A DNA stretch of 64,000 nt from Candidatus Kaiserbacteria bacterium (GCA_017134395.1 CP070993.1:462199-526198), one strand, 5' to 3'. Counted from the first letter of the stretch, positions 1 through 9,751 are shown. Made by a program: numbers and translations. Notes: generated by a model not told the origin, from the letters alone.

Positions 1-231
1 AATGCGTAATACGTAGTTTGCATTCGTACAGTGTACGAAACCACCCCTCTCCCACAGTTTGAAAATATTTCTTGTAAAGACTCGTGCTAGTAATGCGTAC
101 GTCTTTATTCGGTTGCCATGATACTTAGTAGTCATTAACTCATACGCTCTTGCGAGACATTCTTTTTGTGACGATGAATTCTGTAACTCCTCCACTGCAC
201 TCTGCATTGTTTTTGGTAATTTTTCTGGCAT
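1..231 (-). CDS. Partial hypothetical protein (N-terminus; runs off the window), possibly transglutaminase-like
   Basis: Open frame from ATG at 231: MPEKLPKTMQ...GGFVHCTNANYVLRI; not in the ORF track because it is truncated. Confidence 0.6.
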   Translation of the reverse strand, partial: MPEKLPKTMQSAVEELQNSSSQKECLARAYELMTTKYHGNRIKTYALLARVFTRNIFKLWERGGFVHCTNANYVLRI

Positions 232-288
232 GGCTGTTTTTTATATAATTTTGTATGGTAACCAGCTTTAAATCTAACATAGTATCGT

Positions 289-330
289 ACAACGTACGTA
301 TGGACGTACGTACGTCCATACGTACGTTGT
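289..330. repeat. 42-bp perfect loop-less palindrome
   Basis: acaacgtacgtatggacgtac|gtacgtccatacgtacgttgt. Confidence 0.9.
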
Positions 331-372
331 GTATCTATATTTTAGGAACGTAATCTGTTAGGATACCCCCAC

Positions 373-457
373 GGAGAGGTGGCAGAGAGGTCGATCGCAC
401 TGGTCTTGAAAACCAGAGTGCCGCAAGGTACCGAGGGTTCGAATCCCTCCCTCTCCG
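373..457 (+). tRNA. tRNA-Ser(TGA), CCA not encoded
   Basis: GGAGAGG acceptor stem, ctggt-CTTGAAA-accag anticodon arm, long variable arm, GGTTCGAATCC T-arm. Confidence 0.97.
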
Positions 458-460
458 CAA

Positions 461-692
461 TACACTAAAACTCCCCTACTTTCGTAGGGGAGTTTTAGTG
501 TATCTTGTCGACGGGATTCGAAAGGCGGAAGCCCGCGTGCGGGGCACGAGGAAGGGCTGAGCCCAGACCAAAAACACTTACGTAGAATTGAAGCGAAGTG
601 AACAATTGTACTTAGTGACTGGTGGTCGAATCCTTCTTTGAATATTTATGAACAAAATACTTAGCAGAGGTGACCGAATCCCTCCCTCTCCG
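461..692 (+). repeat. tRNA-trailer structured element, copy 1
   Basis: Long hairpin 461-502; inverted T-arm copy 513-522; TACTTAGTGA 609-618; 18-bp direct copy of the tRNA 3' end at 675-692. Confidence 0.7.
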
Positions 693-778
693 TATCGACA
701 TAAATAAACTTTTATGCTCTACTGCGCACAGCTTGTTCGTATTGACTCCATCTCAAATGAAAGAAAGGGTATCCTGCT

Positions 779-1189
779 ATGGAAACACAGGAAAAAGAAA
801 TTATTTGGGTTCCAGAAATCTCAGAAGAAGCGCTTGATGAACTTTTCAGAAGAATCAAGCCGGTGATTAGAATAGGTGACAATCTTCACCGAGTCAAAAT
901 AAAGCGGGAAAACTTGCGTGATACCGCATATTTATGGGGAGCAAAACTAAAGTGGAGAAGACAGAAAGGTCTTACGGTCTTGTGTGACATCAATACTTTT
1001 CATTACTGGACACGTCCGCTTTTTAAACCGTCTGTAGCTGAAGTATTGGCTCAGATACCAGAAGAATTCCTCGAAAAAGTAGTAGCGTTCGAAATTGTTG
1101 CGCTTGAACCTTTCAATTCTGAGCTGGGAAAGAAAGCTTTTAACGCTGGTTGTGCTACTGCAATCACAAGGCTTTATGTTCTAACATAA
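779..1189 (+). CDS. Hypothetical protein
   Basis: 136-aa ORF followed by a hairpin and T-run near 1211-1243. Confidence 0.7.
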   Translation: METQEKEIIWVPEISEEALDELFRRIKPVIRIGDNLHRVKIKRENLRDTAYLWGAKLKWRRQKGLTVLCDINTFHYWTRPLFKPSVAEVLAQIPEEFLEKVVAFEIVALEPFNSELGKKAFNAGCATAITRLYVLT

Positions 1190-1255
1190 GCGGTGTTGTT
1201 GACATAAACAAAAGCGTGCGACCTTTGGGACGCGCGCTTTTTTGTAACTTGATAA

Positions 1256-1879
1256 TTACCTAGCGAGTTGCTCAGGAGACCGGTTAAAGTTTCTTTTCAC
1301 ATACTCTGTAATCTGTTCAACGTCCACAGTATCAAGCTCAAGTAGTCTACCCCACGAAGCAACAGCAATGTTGCTATCATTTGCTGACCGCGGTGAGACT
1401 ACAGTTCTACCAGAATAGTTTCTTCCAATATCTTCGAGTTTCTGAATATCCTCTTGGCTTAAGTCTTTATATGAGATCCAAATACCTCCATGCTCAAGGT
1501 TATGGACTACATTTTCGTCGATTAATTCATCTTGGTACACACCAAAATTAACCGGGGCACCGTGCGCGCCTGATGTAGGAGGATTCGTATTGTATGGATC
1601 GTGTGTTGCACCTATGGTTATATGCCCCGCTCCCATCACGGCGACTTGTTTGCCTGGCCGTGCTTCCTCTGATTTTTCAGCGGCACTAATACCCCAATAT
1701 ATCAAGGCACCCAAGGCAACAAATACCACCAACCATACTGCTATTTTCTTAATTTTTTTTGAACGAATACTTCTTGCACGCTGATGCTCTTTTGCGGCTC
1801 GTTTGTTATCTATTTTTTCCTTTCTACTAAGTTGTGGTTCTTGGTTTATATTTTCTTCATTTTGCATATTGATTTTCAC
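1256..1879 (-). CDS. DUF3105-domain membrane-anchored protein
   Basis: Single TM; PPTSGAH and VHNLEHGG motifs. Confidence 0.85.
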   Translation of the reverse strand: MKINMQNEENINQEPQLSRKEKIDNKRAAKEHQRARSIRSKKIKKIAVWLVVFVALGALIYWGISAAEKSEEARPGKQVAVMGAGHITIGATHDPYNTNPPTSGAHGAPVNFGVYQDELIDENVVHNLEHGGIWISYKDLSQEDIQKLEDIGRNYSGRTVVSPRSANDSNIAVASWGRLLELDTVDVEQITEYVKRNFNRSPEQLAR

Positions 1880-1886
1880 TTAATGA

Positions 1887-2429
1887 CTAATCTGTTACAC
1901 ATACTTGCGGTTCGCTAATTTTTTTTGCAGTTGTTACAACAGCATATATGAGTAGCGCCACACCGAGAATTCCAAATTCCTCACCCCCTAATGGTAAGAA
2001 CGAAATTATGCCAGCAGCACCAATAAATCCAAGTATCCATGTAAGAATGAAAGTCCCACAGGCAGCACATCCAATACCAAATATTCCACTAATCAAACCA
2101 CCAACACCTGCCATTGAATTCGTCCCTCGTATGATTGTTTTTTGTTTACGAACAAAGTACGCGAACAATGAAACATTAACTCCAAACAAGATGGCGATAA
2201 GAATGGTGTATGTTGCTGACACTACTGTAAAGTTTGTCTTGATGGATTCAGATAAACTGAGAACAAGTGTGACTTTGTCACGTAACTCAATACTCGGACT
2301 CGGGAGTATCTGCCACAATAATGCGAAGTTAGGTAGCAGTACTGCAAAAGTAAAGATGAGTAACGCGATTCCTACCGAAAGGGCGATATAGAAAGGACTG
2401 CGAAATACTTTGTATATACCATCCATCAT
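1887..2429 (-). CDS. Multi-TM membrane protein with CxxC (GCAACG)
   Basis: About 4 hydrophobic helices; CAAC motif; operonic with DsbA-like gene. Confidence 0.75.
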   Translation of the reverse strand: MMDGIYKVFRSPFYIALSVGIALLIFTFAVLLPNFALLWQILPSPSIELRDKVTLVLSLSESIKTNFTVVSATYTILIAILFGVNVSLFAYFVRKQKTIIRGTNSMAGVGGLISGIFGIGCAACGTFILTWILGFIGAAGIISFLPLGGEEFGILGVALLIYAVVTTAKKISEPQVCVTD

Positions 2430-2432
2430 GCG

Positions 2433-3143
2433 TTATTTGCTATCTAAACCAATCTCTATGAGTTGTTTTACCGCTTCATAAGGTTGTGCACCAGAAAGTG
2501 GGTAGGTGGTACCGTCTGCCCCAATCACTACACTCCACGGCGTTCCGCGTCCACCAGTTTCTATAGCGTTTTGTATATCTTCCTCTATATGACTATCGTA
2601 CGTACCGCTATCCAAACACTCATTGAAAGCAGCTTCATTTAGCCCAATCTCTCTTACAATCTGTGGGATAACTGTGTCCAAGTCGGTTTGATTATTCGAT
2701 GGCGTCAATTCAAAAAAGCGGTCGGTAAACTGCCAAAATCCATCATTACCACCTAACTCTGCGGCACACTCAGATGCTACAGCTTCACGACGTGCTTTTA
2801 CTGGATGTAGTTGGTCGAGTGGGAATTGACGATACACCCATGCAACCTCGCCACTGTCCCCGTACTCATCCATAACTTGATTCATTGTTTCGTGAAAACG
2901 CTTGCAGAATGGGCATTCAAAATCTGAATATTCAACAATCTTTACTGGGGCGTTCGGATCTCCTTTAATGTGGTCTTGTGCTGTCACGGGATTCACTGCA
3001 TCCGTAGACCCATTTGCTTGTTGTTCTTGGGTATCGGCTGAAGCTTGACCAGCTGGATTGCTACTGCTGATAACCACTGCTGCTGCTACAAGCACTCCTG
3101 CGATAACTATTGCTACTGGTACTGCTAGTTGTTGTCCTTTCAT
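2433..3143 (-). CDS. DsbA/BdbD-family thiol-disulfide oxidoreductase
   Basis: N-terminal anchor, EYSDFECPFC, GTP cis-Pro loop, GAQPY. Confidence 0.92.
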   Translation of the reverse strand: MKGQQLAVPVAIVIAGVLVAAAVVISSSNPAGQASADTQEQQANGSTDAVNPVTAQDHIKGDPNAPVKIVEYSDFECPFCKRFHETMNQVMDEYGDSGEVAWVYRQFPLDQLHPVKARREAVASECAAELGGNDGFWQFTDRFFELTPSNNQTDLDTVIPQIVREIGLNEAAFNECLDSGTYDSHIEEDIQNAIETGGRGTPWSVVIGADGTTYPLSGAQPYEAVKQLIEIGLDSK

Positions 3144-3150
3144 ATATTTT

Positions 3151-3537
3151 TTACTTTACATTATTTATTACTTTTTTTAATTTATCTTCAATTTCTTGAG
3201 CGATGCTTTGTAAGTCTTCGCTTTCTACCATAGACATAGCAACTGTTGGTAAAATAGAAGAAACGAAAACCTCGTCGTCCTTCTCGTACACAATAACATT
3301 ACATGGTAAAAGCAGTCCTATTTCTTGTTCTGCTTGCAAGGCTGTGTGAGCAAATGGTGGATTACACGCACCTAAAATTATGTAATTACCAAAATCAACA
3401 CCCAGCTTCTTTTTCAGAGTACCTTTTACATCAATTGTAGTTAATACACCGAAGCCTTCTGCTGATAGTTCCTCCGTTGTTTTTTCGACCGTTTTCTCGA
3501 AGTTTAGTGTTGATTTTTTCGTATATCCGTATGACAT
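3151..3537 (-). CDS. DUF302-domain protein
   Basis: GFGVL, ILGACNP and GLLLPCNV motifs. Confidence 0.9.
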   Translation of the reverse strand: MSYGYTKKSTLNFEKTVEKTTEELSAEGFGVLTTIDVKGTLKKKLGVDFGNYIILGACNPPFAHTALQAEQEIGLLLPCNVIVYEKDDEVFVSSILPTVAMSMVESEDLQSIAQEIEDKLKKVINNVK

Positions 3538-3543
3538 AGTAAT

Positions 3544-5553
3544 TTATTGTAAGTTAATTTTTTTAAGCGTCATTGCGTTGACTACAACAATAACAGTTGA
3601 AAGACTCATGACCAAAGCTCCTATCTCAGGTCTTAAAAAGAATCCCCAAACAGCAAATACTCCAGCGGCGGCCGGAATAGCGATTATGTTGTACCCAAGC
3701 GCCCATACAAGATTTTGTATCATTTTTGAGTACACCTTTTTAGACAGTGTAATGAGACGAGCAATGTCACTTGGGTCATTGTCCATTAAAACAACATCGC
3801 CAGATTCAACCGCGACATCTGTTCCTGCACCAATTGCTACTCCGGCATTTGCTTGTGTAAGTGCAGGAGCATCGTTTACCCCATCACCAACCATGAGAAC
3901 AATATTTCCCTGTTCTTGGAGATCCTTTATGTGCGTATATTTGTCCTCTGGTAACACATTCGCAAAGTAGGTATCAATTCCCAACTCATCCGATACAGCT
4001 TTCGCCACCTGCTCATTATCTCCTGTAAGCATTGCAACTTTTACCTCCATATCGTGCAGCGCTTTTATTGCTGTGTACGATTCTTTTTTTATTGCATCTG
4101 CGAGAACAATGTAACCGAGTAGTTCTTTTTTATTAGCGACAAATACTATCGTCCCATTAATAGCGTTCGGTGATTCATGGTCAAACTGCAAACTCTTAAT
4201 TAGTCTCTCATTTCCAGCAAAATACTCTTCACCGTGTACCTTTGCTGTAATTCCCTGTCCTGCGATGTTCCGGAAATCAGAGATTTCCGATAATGCAATA
4301 TTTTTCTCCTTTGCATGAGCTACTATTGCATGTCCAATGATGTGAGAAGAATGTTGCTCTAGAGAAGCAGCAATTTCAATAATCCTGTTTTTATCTGATT
4401 CCTCCTTTGAAACTATTTCTGTCACACCAAACTCTCCTCTTGTCAGCGTTCCTGTCTTATCGAACACAACATAATCTGTTTTTCGAATAACCTCTATTTT
4501 AGAGAGGTCTTTGATAAAAAATCCATTCTTAACTGCAAGTGATGTCGTGATTGTTGTAACAGTTGGAATAGCGAGACCAAGTGCGTGCGGACATGCAATC
4601 ACTAACACTGTAATTGCGAGAGTGATGGCGAATACAAACGTTTCTCCCATGATAAGAGTCCAGACCAGTAGTGTAAGAAGTGCGGTTATTCCTGCAACAA
4701 ACGTCAATATAGCTGAAGCTTTATCAGCAATTTTTTGTGATCGTGGCTTTGTTCTTCCGGCTTCTTCTATTAACTTTTGAATTTGTCCGACGGTCGAATG
4801 CTCTCCGACACGAACAAGCTCTATTGTCAGTGCTCCATCTAAACAAATCGAACCTGCCACTACTTCATCGCCTTCGTGTTTTTCTATTGGTTTTGATTCT
4901 CCACTAATAAGTGACTCATCTACGTTAGCCGACCCAGTGATTAGTATTCCGTCAGCAGGAATTTTTTCTCCTGGTTTTACAATAACTACATCTTTCTCTT
5001 GTAACTCAGCTATATCAACATCAATTTCTTTCCCATCTACAAGTTTGTGAGCTTGTTTCGGTAACAATTTAGCAACTTCTTGCAGGGCATTTCCCGCAGC
5101 TCCGCTCGATTTTGCTTCTAGATAATGACCAAACAAAAGCACCCAAACCAGCGTTGAAATTTCAAGATAAAATTCAACCTCAAGAACTACGATAAACGTA
5201 GAGGCGACAGAAAATAAGTACCCTGCGCCAACAGCAAGTGATACGAGAGTCATCATGCCGTACTGTCTCGCTTTTATCTCATGCCACGCGTGTTTGAAAA
5301 ACACCAGCGCAAATCCAAAAATAATAGTAGCGATAATAAATTGAATCCACTTCCCTAATCCCAGCTCTCCGATACCGAGCAAACCAGCAATAAACTCATT
5401 GGTAAGAGCTAATGGAAGTAATAAGAAAGTAACAATCCAGAACCTTTTTAGGTAAGAACTCGCTGACCCATGATCCATTCCATGTCCGCCATGACTCGCA
5501 TGTGAAGAACTTTTCTCTTTGTGGTTAATGTGTGAAGAGTGATCCATACGCAT
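3544..5553 (-). CDS. copB: Copper-translocating P1B-type ATPase (CopB-like)
   Basis: His-rich N-terminus, SGES, CPHALG, DKTGTLT, GDGVNDAP, YN and MSLST motifs. Confidence 0.9.
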   Translation of the reverse strand: MRMDHSSHINHKEKSSSHASHGGHGMDHGSASSYLKRFWIVTFLLLPLALTNEFIAGLLGIGELGLGKWIQFIIATIIFGFALVFFKHAWHEIKARQYGMMTLVSLAVGAGYLFSVASTFIVVLEVEFYLEISTLVWVLLFGHYLEAKSSGAAGNALQEVAKLLPKQAHKLVDGKEIDVDIAELQEKDVVIVKPGEKIPADGILITGSANVDESLISGESKPIEKHEGDEVVAGSICLDGALTIELVRVGEHSTVGQIQKLIEEAGRTKPRSQKIADKASAILTFVAGITALLTLLVWTLIMGETFVFAITLAITVLVIACPHALGLAIPTVTTITTSLAVKNGFFIKDLSKIEVIRKTDYVVFDKTGTLTRGEFGVTEIVSKEESDKNRIIEIAASLEQHSSHIIGHAIVAHAKEKNIALSEISDFRNIAGQGITAKVHGEEYFAGNERLIKSLQFDHESPNAINGTIVFVANKKELLGYIVLADAIKKESYTAIKALHDMEVKVAMLTGDNEQVAKAVSDELGIDTYFANVLPEDKYTHIKDLQEQGNIVLMVGDGVNDAPALTQANAGVAIGAGTDVAVESGDVVLMDNDPSDIARLITLSKKVYSKMIQNLVWALGYNIIAIPAAAGVFAVWGFFLRPEIGALVMSLSTVIVVVNAMTLKKINLQ

Positions 5554-5560
5554 TAGATTC

Positions 5561-6046
5561 CTATTCTGTCTTCACTACTAACGCCTTAATTCGTACCTCT
5601 AGCTCTGGCGTAGCGCTCGCGTTTGTCTTTAAAAATACAGATCGTTGCGCAAGCCCTGTTCCTGAAGGACCGTGGGCTAGTGGATCATAGATAACAGTCA
5701 ACTCTTTCGTCTCTCCGGCAAGTATAACAAACTCCTTATTCATTTCTTCGTGCATACCGAAGCTAATCCCTCCAAGTGCAGCGTTAGTACAACCGCAACT
5801 GGTTGTGCCTTCTGTAACTACAACGTCATCCGGGCCCCCATTTGTTAGGGCAAAAGTTGTGGTAACTACTCCACTGAATATATCTACTTCACCAAAGTCG
5901 TGCATCTGCCTATCGACAGTCAACAGTGAAGAGCTTGTAGTTTGTTTACTCTCTACTGTTTGGTTTGTACCATCCGACAAGAGCATAATGCCTCCTCCGA
6001 CTAGAAGAGCTCCTATGAGTATAAGTAATGCAGTATTTGTTTTCAT
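5561..6046 (-). CDS. DUF1573-domain exported protein
   Basis: Signal/TM, HDFG, TSCGCT. Confidence 0.85.
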   Translation of the reverse strand: MKTNTALLILIGALLVGGGIMLLSDGTNQTVESKQTTSSSLLTVDRQMHDFGEVDIFSGVVTTTFALTNGGPDDVVVTEGTTSCGCTNAALGGISFGMHEEMNKEFVILAGETKELTVIYDPLAHGPSGTGLAQRSVFLKTNASATPELEVRIKALVVKTE

Positions 6047-6064
6047 AATTTATATATATGTTAC

Positions 6065-6973
6065 CTATTCGCCTTCTAAGATATCAACCGTGATTTTCAC
6101 TTCTGCCTCAAGATTGTTTGGGTCATTTGTTGGAATAAAAATAGTTCTAGTTAACTTATCTGAAGGCTCCTTATGAAAGTCGGGGTCAAAGTAAACGGTC
6201 AGAATAGCCGCATCACCAGGTGCAATATTTTCATTCGATATCTCTGCTGTGGTGCAGCCACAACTAGTACTTAGTTCGCCAATATTAAGGAGACTTTTCC
6301 CAGTATTTCTCACCGTAAAGGTAGTTTGAAGAATTCCTTGAGATTGGGGAACATCGCCAAAATCGTGCACTGCGCGATCAAAGGATATGCGTGCATCAGA
6401 ATCGTTTACCGAAGTAATATTTGAGTCAGTGCCGTCATACTCCCCAGTTTCAGTGAATGGATACTTATCTTCTTGCCAGTGCACCATACCACCTGCGACA
6501 CTGGTGATATTTGTATAGCCAAGAGAGTTCATAATGTCATATGCTTGTTTGCTGCGAGCGCCACTACGGCAATATATGATTATTTCTTTGTCCTTTGCGT
6601 TATCCCCAAGATTAATGCCGGCAAGTGTATTCGCTGAAAGTTCTCCGACCGGAAGGAGTAGTGCGTTCTCTAAATGAACTTCTGCATATTCTTCTGGAGT
6701 TCTTACATCAAGAAGCACGATATCTTTATTCCTTCTAATTTTTTCTACGACATCTCGTGGGCTCATTTCATAGCTATCTACGTAATCTGTATGGTACTCA
6801 TCATGACCAAACATCATATCCATCATTCCACCATATTCATGTTCATCGTGGTCATGATCGTGATTATGGCCAGTATGAAATCCTATGTGTGTGACATTAT
6901 TTAAGAAGAAGAATCCTAGAATAATAACGAGGATAGAAATAAGTACCGTCGTAAATACATTGGAATTGTTCAT
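6065..6973 (-). CDS. Membrane-anchored His-rich rhodanese / DUF1573 fusion
   Basis: TM, HTGHNHDHDHDEH, LLDVRTPEEY...CRSGARS, then HDFG...TSCGCT. Confidence 0.85.
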   Translation of the reverse strand: MNNSNVFTTVLISILVIILGFFFLNNVTHIGFHTGHNHDHDHDEHEYGGMMDMMFGHDEYHTDYVDSYEMSPRDVVEKIRRNKDIVLLDVRTPEEYAEVHLENALLLPVGELSANTLAGINLGDNAKDKEIIIYCRSGARSKQAYDIMNSLGYTNITSVAGGMVHWQEDKYPFTETGEYDGTDSNITSVNDSDARISFDRAVHDFGDVPQSQGILQTTFTVRNTGKSLLNIGELSTSCGCTTAEISNENIAPGDAAILTVYFDPDFHKEPSDKLTRTIFIPTNDPNNLEAEVKITVDILEGE

Positions 6974-6975
6974 AA

Positions 6976-7245
6976 TTATTTCTTTAATTTATATACTTTC
7001 AAAATTTCAGTCACTGCTTTCTTCTGTTCACCTGTTTTAATCTGGGTAATAACACAAGAAGACAGGTGCTTCTCTAGTAACACATCCTCAACTCCCCTCA
7101 AGGCATTACGAATGGCAGACGTCTGAGTAATAACGTCAATGCAGTATGTATCTTCTTCCACCATTCTTTGGAGACCCCTGATTTGGCCTTCAATTCTCTT
7201 TAGGCGATTGTTCACTAATTTCTTATCAGCTTTCACAAATTCCAT
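6976..7245 (-). CDS. csoR: CsoR-family metal-sensing repressor
   Basis: RLKRIEGQIRG, YCIDV, HLSSC (Cys/His/Cys copper ligands). Confidence 0.92.
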   Translation of the reverse strand: MEFVKADKKLVNNRLKRIEGQIRGLQRMVEEDTYCIDVITQTSAIRNALRGVEDVLLEKHLSSCVITQIKTGEQKKAVTEILKVYKLKK

Positions 7246-7267
7246 TATACCCCATAGGGGTATAATG
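7243..7267. promoter_or_regulatory. CsoR operator overlapping the csoR start codon
   Basis: cattatacccc-ata-ggggtataatg; C-tract/G-tract pseudo-palindrome typical of CsoR operators. Confidence 0.85.
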
Positions 7268-7316
7268 ACAAACGATCAATTGTGTCTGTATTATATAGAG
7301 CGTGTGAGGGCTTTTA

Positions 7317-8261
7317 CTACTCTTCTTCTCCTAACCGGAAAAATCGTCTTTTCAAACCAACCCAGAGCAAGTGCAGAGCACCGAGCGTAAGCACCACAAG
7401 CTCTGCGTAAAACATCCACGCTTTGCTTATCATAACTCCAGCAACAGAGGCACTCGCAGCTGCTATTTGATGTTCCCGTTTTTTACTTTCTTCTGCTGTT
7501 TTAATTTCATTTTCAAACCCTTCAACGGCAGGAAGTGACTCAGACCGCTCTATTTCTGCAAGCGCAGCACGTTGCGTTTCTTCATACTCTCGCAATACTT
7601 CAGCAGTTTTCTTTCGAGTGTTTTCGATTGACTCAAATGTTGTTGCCACTACTCCTTTTTCTTTCTCTTGCTCAGTATCCTCAGGAGCACTTTGTTCTTC
7701 TAATTTTGTACGTGGTGCTCGGCTCACTATCTTGTCTAATAACACCTTTCCTGATTCAGTAACATCAAAGGAGGTTTTAGGAAGTATATTTTTAATCAGC
7801 GGTTCACTATCTTCGCTATCGTTAATGCCATCATTATCGTCATCTGGATCGGTAGTATTTTGTATACCATCTCCATCAGTGTCCGCTACCACAAAAATAG
7901 TGCGCTCTGCGAGCTCAGTGTTTGTAATTTCACTACTATTACCTGCAGTAAAACTCATATGTATCGTGTGGCTGCCGACACCAAAGGCGTACGGGATGCC
8001 CACCCTTTTTATATCTCCTTTTCCAATAGTTACTTCAGTGGCCTTTACCGCCTCTCCGTCAACAACAAGCGTTGCAATACCTTGTATTTGTTCGTCAGTT
8101 TGATTATGCAACACTGAATATACGGTTGTTTCTCCAAAATTCGTTATTGGGTCAGTTGAAAACCACAACCCATTTACCAACCCGGCAGTTGTTGCGGCAG
8201 AAGCAGTTGTTGCAGTGGCAAGAAACAGTACGATGAGACTAATGTAACAAAACTTATACAT
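7317..8261 (-). CDS. Secreted surface protein with Ca-binding Asp-rich (thrombospondin type-3-like) repeat and C-terminal TM
   Basis: Signal peptide; DTDGDGIQNTTDPDDDNDG; C-terminal hydrophobic helix. Confidence 0.7.
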   Translation of the reverse strand: MYKFCYISLIVLFLATATTASAATTAGLVNGLWFSTDPITNFGETTVYSVLHNQTDEQIQGIATLVVDGEAVKATEVTIGKGDIKRVGIPYAFGVGSHTIHMSFTAGNSSEITNTELAERTIFVVADTDGDGIQNTTDPDDDNDGINDSEDSEPLIKNILPKTSFDVTESGKVLLDKIVSRAPRTKLEEQSAPEDTEQEKEKGVVATTFESIENTRKKTAEVLREYEETQRAALAEIERSESLPAVEGFENEIKTAEESKKREHQIAAASASVAGVMISKAWMFYAELVVLTLGALHLLWVGLKRRFFRLGEEE

Positions 8262-9270
8262 ATTCTTTAATATACCTCATGATAACATCTGCAAGCTTAC
8301 GACTATCATGACGAATGAATGAGCGTGTGTGTGCAAGAGCATCGCCCGTGCCACCTTCTGTTGTTTTTTCATTGAGGAAATCCTCTCCAATAATACGTGT
8401 GGTGTTTTTGTGAGTATCACATGATACAAACATCCCCTTTCCTTCTTGTTCTTCATATCGCCGTGCCAACTCTTCGCTCGGTTCTGCAGTATTACATACA
8501 AGCACATCGATACTTCTCCCACGTAAGTGTTTTTCAACTGTTGTTGCGTAGGTATGTGCACTAAATCCACCGGTGAGCCCTTTTTTGTTGGTAACGTTTG
8601 CTACAACTGCGATATGTGCTGATGTGTCGCGTAATGATTGTGAGATACCTTCTACAAGTAGGTTGGGAATAATGCTCCCGTGCACATCACCCGGACCAAT
8701 CACTACGAGGTCTGCTTTTGTAATTGCTTCAAGTGCTTCAGCTGAAGCAGTAACTGGGTACGCGAGCGAAATCTCTCTTACGCCATGTTCGCGCACGCGC
8801 TCATCATCATCAAGATAACTCTCCCCTTCAAGAACGACACCATTATTCAATTCTACCAGTAAGCGCATGTCTCCCTCCGTAACTGGCAGTACCCGTCCAT
8901 ATACATTGAGAATCTTTCCTGCAACTGCAACTGCTTTTGGAAAACTACCTGTTATCTTTTCAAGTGCAGAAAGAAATAAATTACCGGCGTTGTGTCCTTT
9001 TATATCACCATGCAAAAATCGATAGCTAAATAGCTCTCGCACTTCAGGAGTTGCTCGAGCAAGCGCGGCAAGGCATTGCCGCACATCACCTGGCGGCAAC
9101 ACTCCTAAATCATCGCGCAGCACTCCGGTCGAACCCCCGTCATCAGCCATGCTAACAATCGCTGATATGTGTATAGGAAATTCCTTAAGACCAGACAAAA
9201 GTACGAAGCTGCCCGTTCCTCCTCCGATAGTTACTATGCGTGGCTGTCGGCTATTTTTTGTTGTTTCCAT
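8254..9270 (-). CDS. yvcK: YvcK/GlmR (UPF0052) protein
   Basis: IGGGTG, DDGGSTG, PPGDVR, RHD motifs; start moved to METTK at 9270. Confidence 0.92.
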   Translation of the reverse strand: METTKNSRQPRIVTIGGGTGSFVLLSGLKEFPIHISAIVSMADDGGSTGVLRDDLGVLPPGDVRQCLAALARATPEVRELFSYRFLHGDIKGHNAGNLFLSALEKITGSFPKAVAVAGKILNVYGRVLPVTEGDMRLLVELNNGVVLEGESYLDDDERVREHGVREISLAYPVTASAEALEAITKADLVVIGPGDVHGSIIPNLLVEGISQSLRDTSAHIAVVANVTNKKGLTGGFSAHTYATTVEKHLRGRSIDVLVCNTAEPSEELARRYEEQEGKGMFVSCDTHKNTTRIIGEDFLNEKTTEGGTGDALAHTRSFIRHDSRKLADVIMRYIKEYV

Positions 9271-9325
9271 AGCTATGCATCTAATCTTATTGAATAGAAA
9301 GCAGTATGTCGATACAATGCATTGT

Positions 9326-9730
9326 ATGAAACGTGGTTTTACGATTATTGAGCTGCTTGTAGTCATGGCAATTATTGGCATGCTTGCATCAATAATGTTT
9401 GTTACATTCTCAACACTCCAGGCAAAATCACGTGACACTCGTAGAGTAGAAGACGTTCGAGAATTACAAAAAGCGCTTGGGATGTATTATATTGAAGGCA
9501 ACCAATTCCCTATTTCTGCCTCGGCAGTAAACATTACAGGTTCTGATCCTGTGTCAACGACACTTATAAATAATGGGGTGATTTCAGGAATTAGTGGCGA
9601 TCCCGTAAGCCCAACGTACGATTATACTTACCAAACATCTGGTCCAGGTAACTACACTATTACCTTCTGTCTCGAAACTGATTCAATACAAAAATATGTT
9701 CAAGGATGTACCAACACAGTTTCTAATTAG
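9326..9730 (+). CDS. Type IV pilin / GspG-like prepilin
   Basis: MKRG|FTIIELLVV class III signal peptide; KSRDTRR. Confidence 0.92.
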   Translation: MKRGFTIIELLVVMAIIGMLASIMFVTFSTLQAKSRDTRRVEDVRELQKALGMYYIEGNQFPISASAVNITGSDPVSTTLINNGVISGISGDPVSPTYDYTYQTSGPGNYTITFCLETDSIQKYVQGCTNTVSN

Positions 9731-9751
9731 CAGTAGTGTCACATACGTATC

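Noticed and set aside
440-7267. Prophage or genomic island at tRNA-Ser carrying the copper operon
   Set aside because: The tRNA 3' duplication closes at 692; I saw no integrase, phage gene or distal att copy.
8254-9730. Apparent overlap of the yvcK and pilin ORFs
   Set aside because: Caused by over-extended starts; starts at 9270 and 9326 give a normal divergent pair.
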